64,000 bases of DNA, from assembly GCA_014905635.1 (NCBI GenBank), contig JABVCE010000015.1, forward strand, positions 186,001 to 250,000. Direction: 5' to 3'. Shown piece after piece: positions 27,621-39,844 of the stretch. The notes beneath the pieces were generated by a model that worked only from the letters and a program-made list of their open reading frames with translations, had not been told where the DNA came from and made no database searches. Every line of letters starts with the position of its first letter. Positions within the stretch are counted from its first letter, which is position 1. A program made the position numbers and the translations under genes. The DNA is from Scenedesmus sp. PABB004. Taxonomy: Eukaryota.

Positions 27621-29890
27621 TCACGCGTCGGCCGCCGCTAGCAGCGCGGGGTCGGCGTTGGCGCGGATCCAGGGGTGGTCCGCCACCTCCTCCAGCCGCA
27701 TGCGCTGCGCCACGTCCTTCACCAGCAGCTGCGCCGCCGCGGGAGACGACGGGGCGGGGGATCGATGCGGGCGGGGTGTCAACGCGCGGCGGCGGGGCCG
27801 CCCAGCCGCCAGGCCGCGCGAGCAGCCCGGCCCAGGCGTCGCGCAGCACCCGCGCCGCGCCGCGCCGCACCCGCGCGATGAAGTCCTGCGCGCCCTCGCT
27901 CACGGCGGGCGTCGCGGGGAACTTCAGGTCCACGCGCACGATGCGGCGGTACGTCTGCGCCGCGCCGCGCCGCGCCGTTCCGGGCGGCGCCGCGTGAGGG
28001 TTGGGCGCGGGGGGCGGGGCCGCCCGTGCCCGCCGCGCAGCGCCGCCGCCGCCGCGGCCGCGGTCGCGGCCGCCGTCGCGTGCACCGCGCTGGGTCACCT
28101 CGTGGTGCCCCGCCGCCTCAAAGGGCGGGCAGCCGTAGAGGAACTCGTACGTGAGCACGCCGAGGCCCCACACGTCGACGCCGCCGTCGTGCGGGCGGCC
28201 CTCGACCATCTCCGGCGGCAGGTAGTCCAGCGTGCCGCAAAGCGTCGTGCGCCGGCTGCGCGCGCGCCGCCGCGTCAGGGCCCATCGGGCTCTGCCGCGC
28301 GCCGCCCCGCCCCGCGCGGCGCGCTGCCCCCTCGCCTGCGCCAGCCCGGCGCGCGCCGCCGCAGAGCCGCTCGCCTGTGGGGCGCGTGCACGCTCCAGCC
28401 AAAGTCGGCGATCTTGAGCGTGTCGTTGAGGCCGACCAGGAGGTTCTCGGGCTTGATGTCGCGGTGGATGACGTGCTTGGTGTGGCAGTAGCCCAGCGCG
28501 CGCGCGAGCGACAGCACGTAGCTGCGGCGTCCGCGCGGCGCGCGGTGTGTCAGCGCGCGCGCGCGCGCGCGCGCGCGCGCGCGTGCGTGCGTGCGCCGCG
28601 GCCGCGCCAGCACGCGGCGGCAGCCGGCGCGGCGCGGCACGCACCTCGCGGTGCGCTGCTCGTCAAAGTGGCCCAGCCGCTGCAGCTCCTTGTACAGCTC
28701 GCCCTTGGCCGCGTACTCCAGGATGAGGTACACCTTCTCCTGCAGAGGGGGGGGGGAGGGGGTGTTGGGCCGGCGCAGCGCAAAGCGAGCGGGCGCGTGA
28801 GCCGTGACAAGCTGTGACAAGCTGCCTGGCGCGAAAAGGCTCGTGCCGCGCGACGGCGGCTGGCTGGCTGGCTGGGTCGCAGCGGGTGGGCCCACGCGCA
28901 GCCGCTGCTGCAGATGCAGCCTCGTGCGCCGCGCGCGCCGCGCTGCTGCTGCGCCGCCCGCCGCCCGCCGCCCGCCGCCGCCACCGCCGTCGTCGTACCG
29001 CCGGCCTCAGCTCGGCCAGACGCCGCCAACAACGCGCGGCGGCGCCCCGCTGCCGCTGCTGCCCTGCTGGTCCGAGCGCAGGCAACGGCGCCGTCTGCGG
29101 GCGCACCTTGTCGTAGAAGTAGCCGTAGAGGCGGAGGATGTTGGCGTGGCGGAGGTGCGACTGGATCTCTATCTCGCGCCGCAGCTGGTGCTCCACGTTG
29201 CTCTGCGCCAGCTGGCTCTTGAACAGCACCTGCGGCGCGGGAGTGACCCGTGGGCGCCGCGCCGGGCGCTCCCGCGGTCTGCTGGGGGCGGGGCGGCCCA
29301 CCTTGAGGGCGACGATGTACTTGCTCTTCTTCTCGCGCGCCAGGTAGACGTTGCCGAACTTGCCGCGGCCCAGGGGTCGGCCGATGTCAAAGTCCGACAG
29401 CGCCCACGTCTGCGCCGTCCGCGGGGTGCTGCCTGGCGCCGCGGCCGGCGCGTGCTGCTCGCCGCATGCTGCCCCCGGGCCGCCCGCCCCGGCCGCCTGC
29501 TGCTGCTGCTGCGCCTGCGCCGGCGCCGGCGGCGCCTCCTGCTTGCTCCCGGGCGGCTTCCCGCCCGCGCCGGGCTTGAGCGGGGCCGCGTTGTTGCCGG
29601 GGGCCTTGCTTGCCAGCGGCAGCCTGTTGGTGGGCAGCGGCTTGAGCGCCTTGGGTCCGCCCGCGCGGTCCGCCGCCCACTCCGCGGGGCGCTTGCCGAC
29701 CGGCGCCTTGCCCGGCAGGCCGCCGTCGGGCAGCTTGTTCTCCTGCGCCGGCGGCGGGGCGGCGACGGCGGCGCGCATTGCGGCGCCCGTTCCCCCCGCC
29801 TGGCGCGGCCGCCGCGGTGCCCCGCGGCCCGCGCGTCACCTTCTCCTTCACCGCCACGCCACCGACGCGGCTCTTGGGCGCGCCGAACAT
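27621..29890 (-). CDS. Aurora-family Ser/Thr kinase, multi-exon
   Basis: [59 protein letters not shown] and [19 protein letters not shown]. Confidence 0.95.
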
Positions 29891-30138
29891 CCTGGCCGGC
29901 GCGGTGCGGGGCGCCTGCCCGACTAGCCGTTGCCTGCGCCCGCTCTGCGGCCGGCGCGCTGCTCCGCGAGGCGTCTGGCTGCGCGACGGACGCTGGCGGG
30001 GGCTGGGACGGCGGCGGGGGGCACGGGCTGCGCGTCCAGGGCCCAGCTGTCGAGACGGTTTTGACCGCCGCGGCCGCCCGTCTCCCCGTTTCTGCTCGTC
30101 GCCGCGTCACCGTTCGAGCAGTTGCGGTTGCCACCTGC

Positions 30139-31800
30139 TCACCCGCGATCACTCGCCGCCGGCGGTGCCCGCGCCGCCCCCGCCGCGCCGCGCCGCGCCC
30201 GGCGCTCGCGCCACAGCGCGGCCGCGAGGCGCGCGCCCTGCACCTCCCGCCCGTCCAGCGCCGCGACGACCGCCTCGGCGCCGGCGCGGTCAGCCATGAA
30301 CGCGACGGCCCCCACGCCCGCGCGCACCACGGCGGGCGCGGCGCCGCCGCCGCTTGCGCCGCCGCTGCTGGCGTCGCTCGCGTCGCCCGCCGCGGCCGCC
30401 GGCGCCTCCGCCTCTGCCTCGCCGGCCGCCGCGCCGCGCGCCACGAAGAGGCGCACGCGGCGCAGGCTGCCAAAGAGGGCCGCCATGCCAAACACCTCGC
30501 GCCACGTGAAGCCGGCGGGCAGGTTGCGCAGCACCACGCGCGTCTCCGTCGGCGAGACCCCCGCCGTTGCTGTGGGGGAGCCGGCGCCGCGGGCGGCGGC
30601 GGGCGCGGCGGCGCCGCCGGCCGCCGCGTCCGCCGCGTCCGCCGCGTCGGCCTCGGTGCGCCCCGCGCGCGCGAGGCGCAGGCGCAGCACGCGGCCGTCG
30701 AGCTCGCTGCCGTCGAGCGCCTGCAGGCGGCCGCGGCCGCAGCGGCGGCGGCGGGGTGAGGCCGAGCGCGGGGCCGCCCTCGCGCCCGCGGAGCCCCGGC
30801 AGTCCGCGCGGCGCCCGGCCGGCTGGCCGCAGGCGCCGCCGCGCACCTCGACCGCCGCCGCGGCCGCCTCGGCGCTCTTGAAACGCACAAAGCCCACCCC
30901 GCTGGGCCGGCCGTCCTTGTCTCGCGTCGTGAAGGCGTCGGCCACCCCCGCGCAGGCCTCAAAGTGCGCCCGCAGCTCCTCGTCCGTCGTCGCCCAGGCG
31001 AGGTTGAGGCAGGCCACCGTGTTGCGCTGTGCCTGCTGCCGCTTGCGCCGCTCGCGCCGCGCCGCCTGCTGCTCGGCAGCCGGCGGAGCGCTCGCGGCGC
31101 CGCCCGAGCCCCCGCCCTCGCTGCCGCCCGCCGGCGCGGCCAGCCGGCTGGGCCGCTTGTGCCGGCGCGCCACGAGCCTGCTGCCGTTGAAGCTGGCGCC
31201 ATTGAGCAGCTGCGCGCGCGGCCGCGCGGCGCCGCCGGCGGGCGGTGGTGGGTGCGGCGCCGCCACAGCGGCGCGGCCGCCCGGGGGCGGCGCGCGCGCG
31301 CGCCTGCCGCGCACCTCCAGCGCCGCCGCCGCGGCGTCGCCGTCTGCAAAGGTGGCGTAGGCCGTCACCCGCCCGCTTGGGGTGCGCACGAGCTGCAGCG
31401 CGCCCGTGAAGCCCGACACTGTGCCGGCCAGCGCGCCGAGCGCCTCCGCGGGCGGCTCGGGCCCCAGGCCGGTCAGGAACAGGATGTTGGCCGCGGGAGG
31501 CGGCGGCGGCAGGCCTGCGGCGGGGCGCGGGGGCGCGGCGCTCGGGCGCCCCGCTGCGGCGCGGCAGCCCGCCGTGCCACGCCGCCGCGCTGCTCGTTGC
31601 GGCTGCTACCCACCCTCAGGCTCTGCTCCAGCCGCCTCCGAGACCTCGGCATCCGCAGCGCGGGCCACCACCCAGCGCCGCAGGGGCCGGCGCGGGCACG
31701 GCGGCGCGCTGCGGGTGGCGGCGGCGCCGCCGCTGCTGCCGCTGTCGCCCGTGCGCGCCCGGCACGCGGCGCGTTCCGCCCGGCACGCCAAGCTGCGCAT
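30139..31800 (-). CDS. RRM-repeat RNA-binding protein, probably organelle-targeted; 3' end approximate
   Basis: Three RRM-like units: ILFLTGL...TAYATF, NLAWATTDEELRAHF...RPSGVGFVRF...LDGSELDGRVLRLRLA, and RVVLRNLP...LDGREVQG. Transit-like N-terminus. Confidence 0.75.
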
Positions 31801-32064
31801 CGTGGGCGCAGGACGCTGAAGACCGCGCGCCGCGCCCCGGGGAGCGCCCGTCGCGGGGCTGAGGCGCAGCATCGCGACAGATGCGCCTGCCGCGTCGCGA
31901 GCGGTGGCGCGGGCGAGGCCGCGCTGCGCGGCCGGAATCGCAGGGACGCGCGGTGCGCCAATGACGGCGTCCCGCTGCCCGCTGCCCCCCACTGCGCACG
32001 CGCGGGAGGCTGCGGCGGCGCGGCGCTGTCGCGGCGGGGCGCGCGGGGCCTGTGCGGCGACGCG

Positions 32065-32190
32065 AGCTCAGGCGGACGGCGGGGGCGTGGCCTGGGTAAG
32101 CAGCAGTGCGGGCAGGATCCGGGCGTGGCCGATATAGCAGGCGCGCGGGCGGGGGCGCCAGGAACCGCCGCTGAGCCGCCGGGGCTCGCG
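32065..32190. repeat. Dispersed upstream element, copy D (partial right part)
   Basis: GGCGCGCGGGCGGGGGCGCCAGGAACCGCCGCTGAGCCGCCGGGGC is identical to about 35899-35944. AGCAGCAGTG..GGCA.GATCCGGGCG matches about 3069-3095. Confidence 0.75.
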
Positions 32191-32362
32191 CGCGCCGCAG
32201 CGCACGCGCGGGCCGCGCTGGCTGCCCCTGCTGCTGCGCCACCGCACCCAGCCTGTGACGAACCAGCCCTGCAACTTACTCTCTGCGCAGGCCGGCGCCG
32301 CACTCGCACCGACGCGGCGGCAGCGCGCGCCGGTGCCAGCGCTCGCCTCAGGGCCCGAGGCA

Positions 32363-34559
32363 TCAACGCCCACATACGCCGACATCGCCTGAGCCGGAAC
32401 CTGCGCTCGCCGGCGCGCTTGCCGCCTGCAGGCGCTTGCACACGCCCCTGTGACCCGCGCGCCAGTACGCGGCCTGGCAGGCGGGCCCGCACACGCGCGC
32501 CACGCGGCAGCCCGCGCACACAGAGCGGGCGCCCTTGACCAGCGCCGCCTCGCTGAAGCCCGCCATGTTGGCGCAGGCGGGGTTGGAGCACGCGCGGCGC
32601 AGCGGCAGCGCGCCGCACACCGCCTCGCCCAGCGCCACCAGCTGCGCCGCCAGCTCTGGGCCCGCCGCCAACCGCAGCAGGCGCATCTGCGCGTCAGGCG
32701 CCAGGTCGCAGCGAGCCGCGCAGCGCGGCAGCGCGGCCTCCAGCCCCTGCCGCGCCGGCGCCGCCAGCTCCGCCAGGCGCGCCAGCACGCGCGGCGTCAG
32801 CAGGTGTGCGGCCATGCTGCCGCCGCCGGCGGGCGAGGCGCCCTCGGCCGCTGCCAGGCGGGCCAGCGCGGGGCCGAGCCCGCTCACGGCTGACAGGAGC
32901 TCGCTCAGGTGCGGCAGGGCGTCTGGCTCGCCGGTGCAATCGCAGTCGCTCTCCTCGGCGGCCTCCCGCGTCAGCAGGTGCCCCGCCGCGGCAATGCCGC
33001 GCCCCGCGAGCGCAGCCCAGGGTGCGAGCTCGTCGTAGCCGCAGCCGCCGCCCGCCAGCCGCTCGCTGAGCACCTCCAGGCCTGTGGCCGCGGTGGTCGC
33101 CGCGGTATCGAACGCGGCGCACGCTGCAGTGACGCAGCGGGGCGGCGCGGAGGCGACCTTGGCTGCCGTGGTCAGCAGGCTCGTCAGCGCAAGGGCATTG
33201 ACGGCGCCGGGCCCCAGCAGCGCGGCGGTGGAGGCCACGGCGATGTGTGACGCCAGACCGATATCCAGCCACGTCCAACGCTCGGCCGCCACCGACACAC
33301 GCAACGCCGCCTCGAGGGCGGGCGCGAGCGCGGGCTGCTCCACCAGCGCCGCCGCCAGGACGTCAAGCCCTGCGCAGCGAGGCACCGGCACGCCCGTTGG
33401 GGCATCAGCGGCGGCTGTGGCCCGCAGCGAAGCGGGGGGTGCGGCGCGGCTGGAGCGCGGGCGCCACACGGCCGCCGCACGCAGTACTCACCGTCACCGG
33501 AGAACATGTCGGACGTCACACATATCAGGCAGTTGGCGGCGTCAACGGCGCGCGAGTCGCACGACAGCTCCCCATCCTGCTCCGCCGCCTCGCACAGGCA
33601 GTGCAGCAGCGCGGGCGCCAGCAGGCCCAGCGCCTCGCCGAGGCGCGCGTCGACCGCAGCGGCCGCGGCGGCGGCGCCTGCCAGGGTCGCGGTGGGCTCG
33701 CCGCCCGCCCAGCGGGCGCTCCCCCGTCGCGCGGGGTGGCCTCGTTGCCGCCGGCCCCGGGCCCCACTGCTGACAGCCCGTCCGGCGGCTCCGGGGCGCC
33801 GCCCGCACCGCTGAGCTGCTGCCGTGCGTTGCCCGGGCACGCCTGTGAGGGCGGCGGGGCGTCCCTGCCGGCGCCCAGCTGCGCTGCCACAGCCTGCGCG
33901 CTGCGCATGCCCGCTGACAGCGCCGTGCGGCCGGCGGCCTGGCACAGGGCCCTGCGCACAGCGCCCAGCGTGCGCGCGTACACTTGCGCAGCCCAGCGGA
34001 GGTCCGGGAGCGCGCAGAGCTGGACCAGCGCCGCGAACGCCCCCTCCAGCAGCTCGGGCCGGGGCGCGGCTGTTGGGTTGGACTCCAGCAGCTGGCCAAG
34101 AACACCTGATGCGCTGCTGGCTGACTGCAGCATCATCTCGGCTGACACATCCATGCCGGCGCGCGCAAAGCAGGCGCGGTCGAGCCCCAGCAGCTCCAGC
34201 AGCCCCAGCGGCGCCTGTGCGGGGTCATCGCCGGGCAGGGCCGCCACCGCGCCGCGCGCGGCGTGCGTGCCGCGGGCGCCCGAGCCAGCGGCGGAGGCCG
34301 CGGCGGTGCCAGCGGCGGACGCCGCCAGCACGCCCAAGACCAGCCACTGCATGTCGGCATCAGCCTGCGCCTCCTGCACCGCCGTCCAGAGCGCGCCGTC
34401 GCCTGAGCTCTCGGCCAGGTTGTAGGCATCGAACAGGGCCGACAGGATGGGCATGCCCACGGGCAACAGCACGCGGGACAGCTCCGCTGTGATGCTGCAG
34501 TCCTCGTCACCCTCGTGCGGGCGCCAGGCCGCACCGCCGCCGCTGCCGCTGCCGCTGCC

Positions 34560-34591
<32 letters not shown>

Positions 34592-35335
34592 CGCTGCCGC
34601 TGCCGCTGCCGCTGCCGCTGCCGCTGCCGCTGCCGCCGCCGCCGCCGCGGGGGGCGGTGCCCGTGGGCGGCTCGCGCATCGCAGCCATGAGTCGCGCCAG
34701 CTGCCGGATCGCCCGCACCGCGACAAGGTCGTGCTCGGTGCCCAGGCGGACCTCCAGCACGCCGCGGGCGGCCAGCAGCATGCGGGCCAGGAAGCAGCCG
34801 CACTTGTCCCGGGAGCGCGCGGCGGGCAGCTCCTCCGCAGCGCGAGCGGCGGCGGCACCGAGCGCCTTCAGCAGCCCTGCGGGCACGGCCGCGGCGCTGC
34901 GTCAGAGCACGCACCCGGCGTCCCCCGGGCCCGCGGCGCGCGCGCGGGCAGCTCAGCCTCGCACCGAGCTCCTGCAGCAGCTGCCGCGGCGCGGCCGCCG
35001 CGCGCTCGTGTGAGGCCGGCACAAGGTCCCCCAGGCCAGCCAGCACCACCATCAGCGCGCCCTCGTGCGCCTCCAGCAGCTGGAGCACGCTGGGCGCGGC
35101 CGAGGCCAGCTGCAGGCCACGCGCGGCGGCGCGCGCGTACAGGGGCAGCAGCGCGCGCACTGCGGCTGCGCGCCGGCCCCCGGCCTCGCCACCGCGCAGG
35201 CTCGTTTGGATATAGCGGAGCCCGCCGAGCTCGCCGCGGCCGGCGTTGGCCAAACTCCACCGCGGTGCGCGCCTCCGCCAGGCGCGCCAGCAGCTGCGCC
35301 GCATGGCGCCGGTCGTCGCTGGTGATGCGAGGCAT
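32363..35335 (-). CDS. Chlorophyte Ala-rich protein with a C-terminal MYND zinc finger; two apparent frameshifts (pseudogene or assembly error)
   Basis: C-terminus ACSNPACANMAGFSEAALV...CAGCRVARVCGPACQAAYWRAGHRGVCKRL. The reading frame changes near 35250 and near 33720. Confidence 0.8.
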
Positions 35336-35344
35336 GCGCCGCCG

Positions 35345-35945
35345 CCGCTAGGCGCGCGCGCCACCCGGCGCCGCCTGTGGTGCAAGGGGTGCAGCATGCC
35401 ACAGCGGAGGCAGGGCCGTGAGCGGCAGGGCCACGGCACGGGGCGGCGAGCGCTGGCCGTGCGGCAGCGCGCAGCAGCGGCGCACGCCCATTCGCCCGCC
35501 GGCCGCCGGCCGCAACCGCAGCGCGCCCAACGGCGCCAGGGGCGCTGCAGCGCTGCACCTCGCACCCGGTCAGGCGCTGCCCAGGCACGCCAGCCAGCGG
35601 GCGGGGCGGCGCAGAGTCGCTGCAGCGACCGGCGCGGCGGCGCGCTGCGGCCGCAGGCGGCCGCTGAGCGGGCGCTGGCGCGGGCTGACGATCGGAGAAA
35701 CCGGCGGCCGGGGCTTCGAACGCAGGCGCGGTGCGCGTGGCCGTGGGCGCGTGGCCAGGGCGCGGGAGCGCGGGCGCCGCTGCTGCTGCTGCGCTGAGGC
35801 GGATCGCGCGGGCGTCGTCGCGGCGCAGCGCGCTGGCCGTGAGCAGCAGTGCGGCACACAGCCGGTGGCTACCAAGCGCGGCCATGCTGGCGGCGTGCGG
35901 CGCGCGGGCGGGGGCGCCAGGAACCGCCGCTGAGCCGCCGGGGCC
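35345..35945. repeat. Dispersed upstream element, copy B (most complete, about 600 bp)
   Basis: Contains contiguously all blocks seen at 1343-1706, 2930-3165, 26893-27312 and 32065-32190. Confidence 0.75.
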
Positions 35946-36004
35946 GTTGAACCGCCGACGCCTCACGCCCGCACGCGCCCGGGCGGCGGCGCCGGCCGGC
36001 GCGG

Positions 36005-38738
36005 TCACCGCTGGCCCTGGTGCGCCGCGGTGAGCGCGGCGGCGCGCCGGACCTCGTCCGCCCAGTCGAAGCGGCTGATGAGCGCGGCAAAGGCGGCCGC
36101 CTGCACCGCGGTGCTGAGCGAGAGCGCGAGCCAGAAGCCCAACACGCCGAGCTTCAAGTGGAAGCCAAGCAGCCACGCGAGCGGCAGGCAGAGGCACCAG
36201 TACCTAGGCAGAAGGCGCGGCGGCGTGGCGTGGCGTGGCGGCGTGGCGCGGCGGCGTGGCGAGCGCGCTTTGCCCGCGCGCGGCGCGCGGCGCGCACCCG
36301 CCGACGTTAAAAGCGGCCCCCACGGCCTGCCGCCCCGACGCGCGCAGCACGGAAGAGAGCACGGCAACCATGCCGTCGCCTGGCGGCGCAGCGGCGGGGG
36401 ACCGGGGACGGGGCGCGGCGGGCTCGCGGCGCGGCGGCGCCGCGGCGGCGCGCGCGGGGCGCCCGGCGGCTCGCGCGCGCGGCGCGGCGCCGCGCGGCGC
36501 CCACCGACGATTGACGTCGCCACGGCCGGCACGACCGCCGCGGTCGCCGCGCGGATCGTGGGGTCGCCCGTGAACGCGCGCACGATGACGTGCCGTGCCG
36601 CAAACGTGGTCGCGCCGAGCACCGCCGTCGCCGCCAGCACCATCGCCGCCGCGACCCTGCGACGGGACGGCGGCGCGGAGCGGCGGGCTCGCGCGGCGCG
36701 GCGCACAGCTAGGAGCGACGCGCCGCCACGCGCGCGCGCGCGCGCGCGCGCGCGCGGCACTGGCCGCACCTCGCCGCGAGGCGCGCCTGCAGCCCGTGGC
36801 CCGCGCCCAGCAGGTTGGCGACGCGCACGGCGGCGGCCGAGCCAAAGCTGGAGGGTATCATGTAGCTGCGCGGCGGCGGCGCGTGCGTGTGGTGGCGGTG
36901 CTTGGGTGTGGCGGTTCTTGGCTGTGGCGGGGAAGCGGCCCCCGCACGCGCGAGCGCGCCGCGCGCGGGGCGGGCGCGCGGCGCTGTCAGAGCGCAGCCC
37001 AGCCCAGCGCGCGCGCGCGCGCGCACCTGGGGTTGGTGATCTGGATGCACAACCCCATCACGCCCACCGCAATTGTGCTGTTGGGCAGAAGGCCAGACGC
37101 AAAGATCATCAACTCCCACACCCACCACTCTGCGCCACGGCAGCGGCGGCGGCGGCGGTCAGTCCGCCGCGCAGCCGGCCGGCCTTGGCCCGCCCGCTGC
37201 CGCGCCGCGCCGCGCCCGCCGCGCCGCCGCGCACCCAGGCAGATCATCGCCGCCGCGGGCAGGCCGAGGCTCAGGTACTGTTGTGTGTGGGGCAGCGGCG
37301 CGCGGCGGCGGGCTCAGCGAGCGCAGCGGAAACGGGCACGTCACCCGCCGGCCGCGCGCGCCGCGCGCGCGCGCCTGGCCCCAGCCCCGGAAGGCCTGCA
37401 GCGTGTAGCCGCCCCAGGTCGCCTCGGGCCGGCCGCGCAGCAGCACGCGGTCGCGCCACGTGGCGTAGATGGTCAGGCCGAGGCAGTTGGTCGCGGTGCA
37501 GCACACGAGCGCAATCGCCGCGCCGCGCACGCCCATGCCCAGCCTGGCGCGAGGGGCGGCGCGGGCGGCACGGGTCGGGCGGCGCGGAGCGGCGCCGGGG
37601 CGCGCGGGTCAGGCGGCGCCCGGCCCGACCCGAAGACCCTGCGCCCCGCGCCGCAGCCGTCCCTCGGCGCTGGAAAAACGCTTGAGATCATATCATCACA
37701 AACAGAATTAGGTCAGCCCAAGGCCATTACACATATATCACACACACCTATAGATGAAGAGCCAGTTGTAGAGCGGCGATAGCGCGGTCGTGGCCAGGTA
37801 GCACGCGCTCGTCGGCAGCACCGCGCGCTGCGCGACCAGGTAGCGGCGCGTGGTGTCGTTGATCACGCCTGGCGGTTTTGAGCGTTCAGGTTTTGAGGAG
37901 GGCGGGGCGGCGGCGGGGTTTGGGGTTTGGGGTTTAGGGCAGCGGGGGCGAGGCCGGCGAGCCGTGGCGCGCGCGCGGCGCCGCCGGGGCGTGCGCGGCG
38001 CGGCGGCGCCGGGGCGTGCGTGGCGCGGCCGCAGGCCGCGGGCCGCGTGCCGCACCGAGGAAGAGGCTGGGTATGAGGAGCCGCAGGTTGTCCGCCGCCA
38101 CGGCCGCGAGCGCGGGCTCCTGCCCCGCGGCGACCAGGAGCGGCTCGATGCCCGCCCAGAGCGCGGCGATGGGCACGCAGGCCGCCCAGCAGATGAGCCG
38201 CGCGCGCTGCAGCACGACGCCCAGAAACAGGTAGTTGCGCGCGCCAAAGCCCTGCGCGCGAGAAGGGACGCGAGGCCGGCCAGCGGCGGGGCGGCGGCGA
38301 GGCTGCGCTCGGGGCGGCGGGGCCGAGTCTGGGGCGGCCGCGCGCCCGCCGCGCGCCACATCGCGCCGTCGCGCCCGCCGCGCGCCTGGCCGGCGAGCGT
38401 GTCCATCGCGGAGGCCAGCCCGATCGTTATCGACATGCCAGACACGTTGTACAAGCTGTTGGGCGGGCCAGGCGGGCAGGGCGGGGCGGTCAGGGCGGCG
38501 GGAGGGCCGCGGCCCCGCGCCGTCCTCCCTCGGCCGCCGACGCGCACGCCCCGGCGCCGCCGGCGCGCGCGCCTGCTGGAGAGCACGACAGCGCTGAGGG
38601 CGAGCGGGTCGTTGAGGTGGCCGACAAAGAGCGTGGACACCATCGTGAGCAGCCTGGCGGGCGCGGGCGCGGGTCAGCGCAGCTGGTCAGCGCAGGGCTC
38701 GCGCGGCGGCAGGGCAGGCTCGCGCCGGCGGGCCCCCG

Positions 38739-38803
<65 letters not shown>

Positions 38804-39326
38804 TCACATCATGGCCATTGACTGCAGCGCAAGCGGCAAAGCGAGGCCGAGCAGGCGCCGCGCCTCGGCGCGCGCCGCGCCCCCGCGGCGCCGTCGCCCG
38901 GCGGCGCCTTGCCGTATGGCGGGACGTCGAGGTGCGGCGCGCCGCCCAGCAGCGGCTCAAGCAGCGGCTGCGCCAGGCCGTCGCCGCCGCCGGGGCCGGC
39001 GCCGCCCTCCTCGTCGGCGGCGGCGCCCGGCGCCAACGGCGAGCTGCGCGGGCGGCAGGGGGCGGCGCGCGGCCGTGAGCGACGCCGGCGTGCTCGCCGC
39101 GCGCTGCACGCGCGCCGGGCTGCTCGTCGCGCGCTGCACGCGGCGCGGCGCACCCGAGGGGCAGCGTGAAGTTGGTGCCGACCGGCAAGTGCGCCGCCGC
39201 GCCGTCGGGGCTCATCCCGAGCCCCTGCGGCAGCGGGAGCAGGCCGCCGCTGCTGCTGCGCTGCGCCTCCAGGCTGCTGCGGGAGGCCAGGAACTCTAGT
39301 CGCACAAACGTGCCCGGCGAGGCCAT
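36005..39326 (-). CDS. MATE-family (DTX) efflux transporter, multi-exon
   Basis: VSTLFVGHL, GLASAMDTLAGQ-GFGARNY, RRYLVAQR, AEWWVWE, AAAVRVANLLGAG, LSSVLRASGRQ and YWCLCLPLAWLLGF..LGVLGFW. Confidence 0.92.
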
Positions 39327-39844
39327 CGCGGCCGCGCCTGCGCCTGCGCACGGCGGCAGCGGAAGCGTCCGCCGCATGCGCCGCGGCGCACGCGGCCCAC
39401 TGCGCGCATGCTCGGCCACCGCGCTGGCAGGGCCCATGGAACGCACCTGCCGAGCGCCAGGCGCGCTCCCAGCGGCCGCCGGCACCGGAGGTTGCTGCCT
39501 CCGCCGCCGCTGCTGCCGGCGCGCGAGGGCTGAAGGCGCGGCGGCGGCGCGGGGTCGACGACTCGCGGAGTGTGGCGGGCAAGCTGCGGACGACGCGGCA
39601 GGTGAAGCGCGGCGCCGAACCGCGCCCCGGCGGCGGTGGGCGCTCCCTCTTTTGCCGCCGCTGGCTCAATTCCTTCCGCACACCCCCCCTTCGCCGTGCC
39701 GCTCGGTCGGTCGGCATAGAGGACGGAGCCAGCCCGCGCCCTGCGCCGCCGCTGCTGCCGCACAAAGCCCGCGCGTCTCGCCGCGCCAGCAGCGCCGGCT
39801 GTCGCTGCTGCCGCTCGCTGCCGCAATCGCCGCTGCGCGGCGGC

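Noticed and set aside
32065..35945. LTR retrotransposon interpretation of the direct repeats
   Set aside because: There is no gag, RT or integrase, no TG..CA termini and no primer-binding site. The internal gene retains introns.
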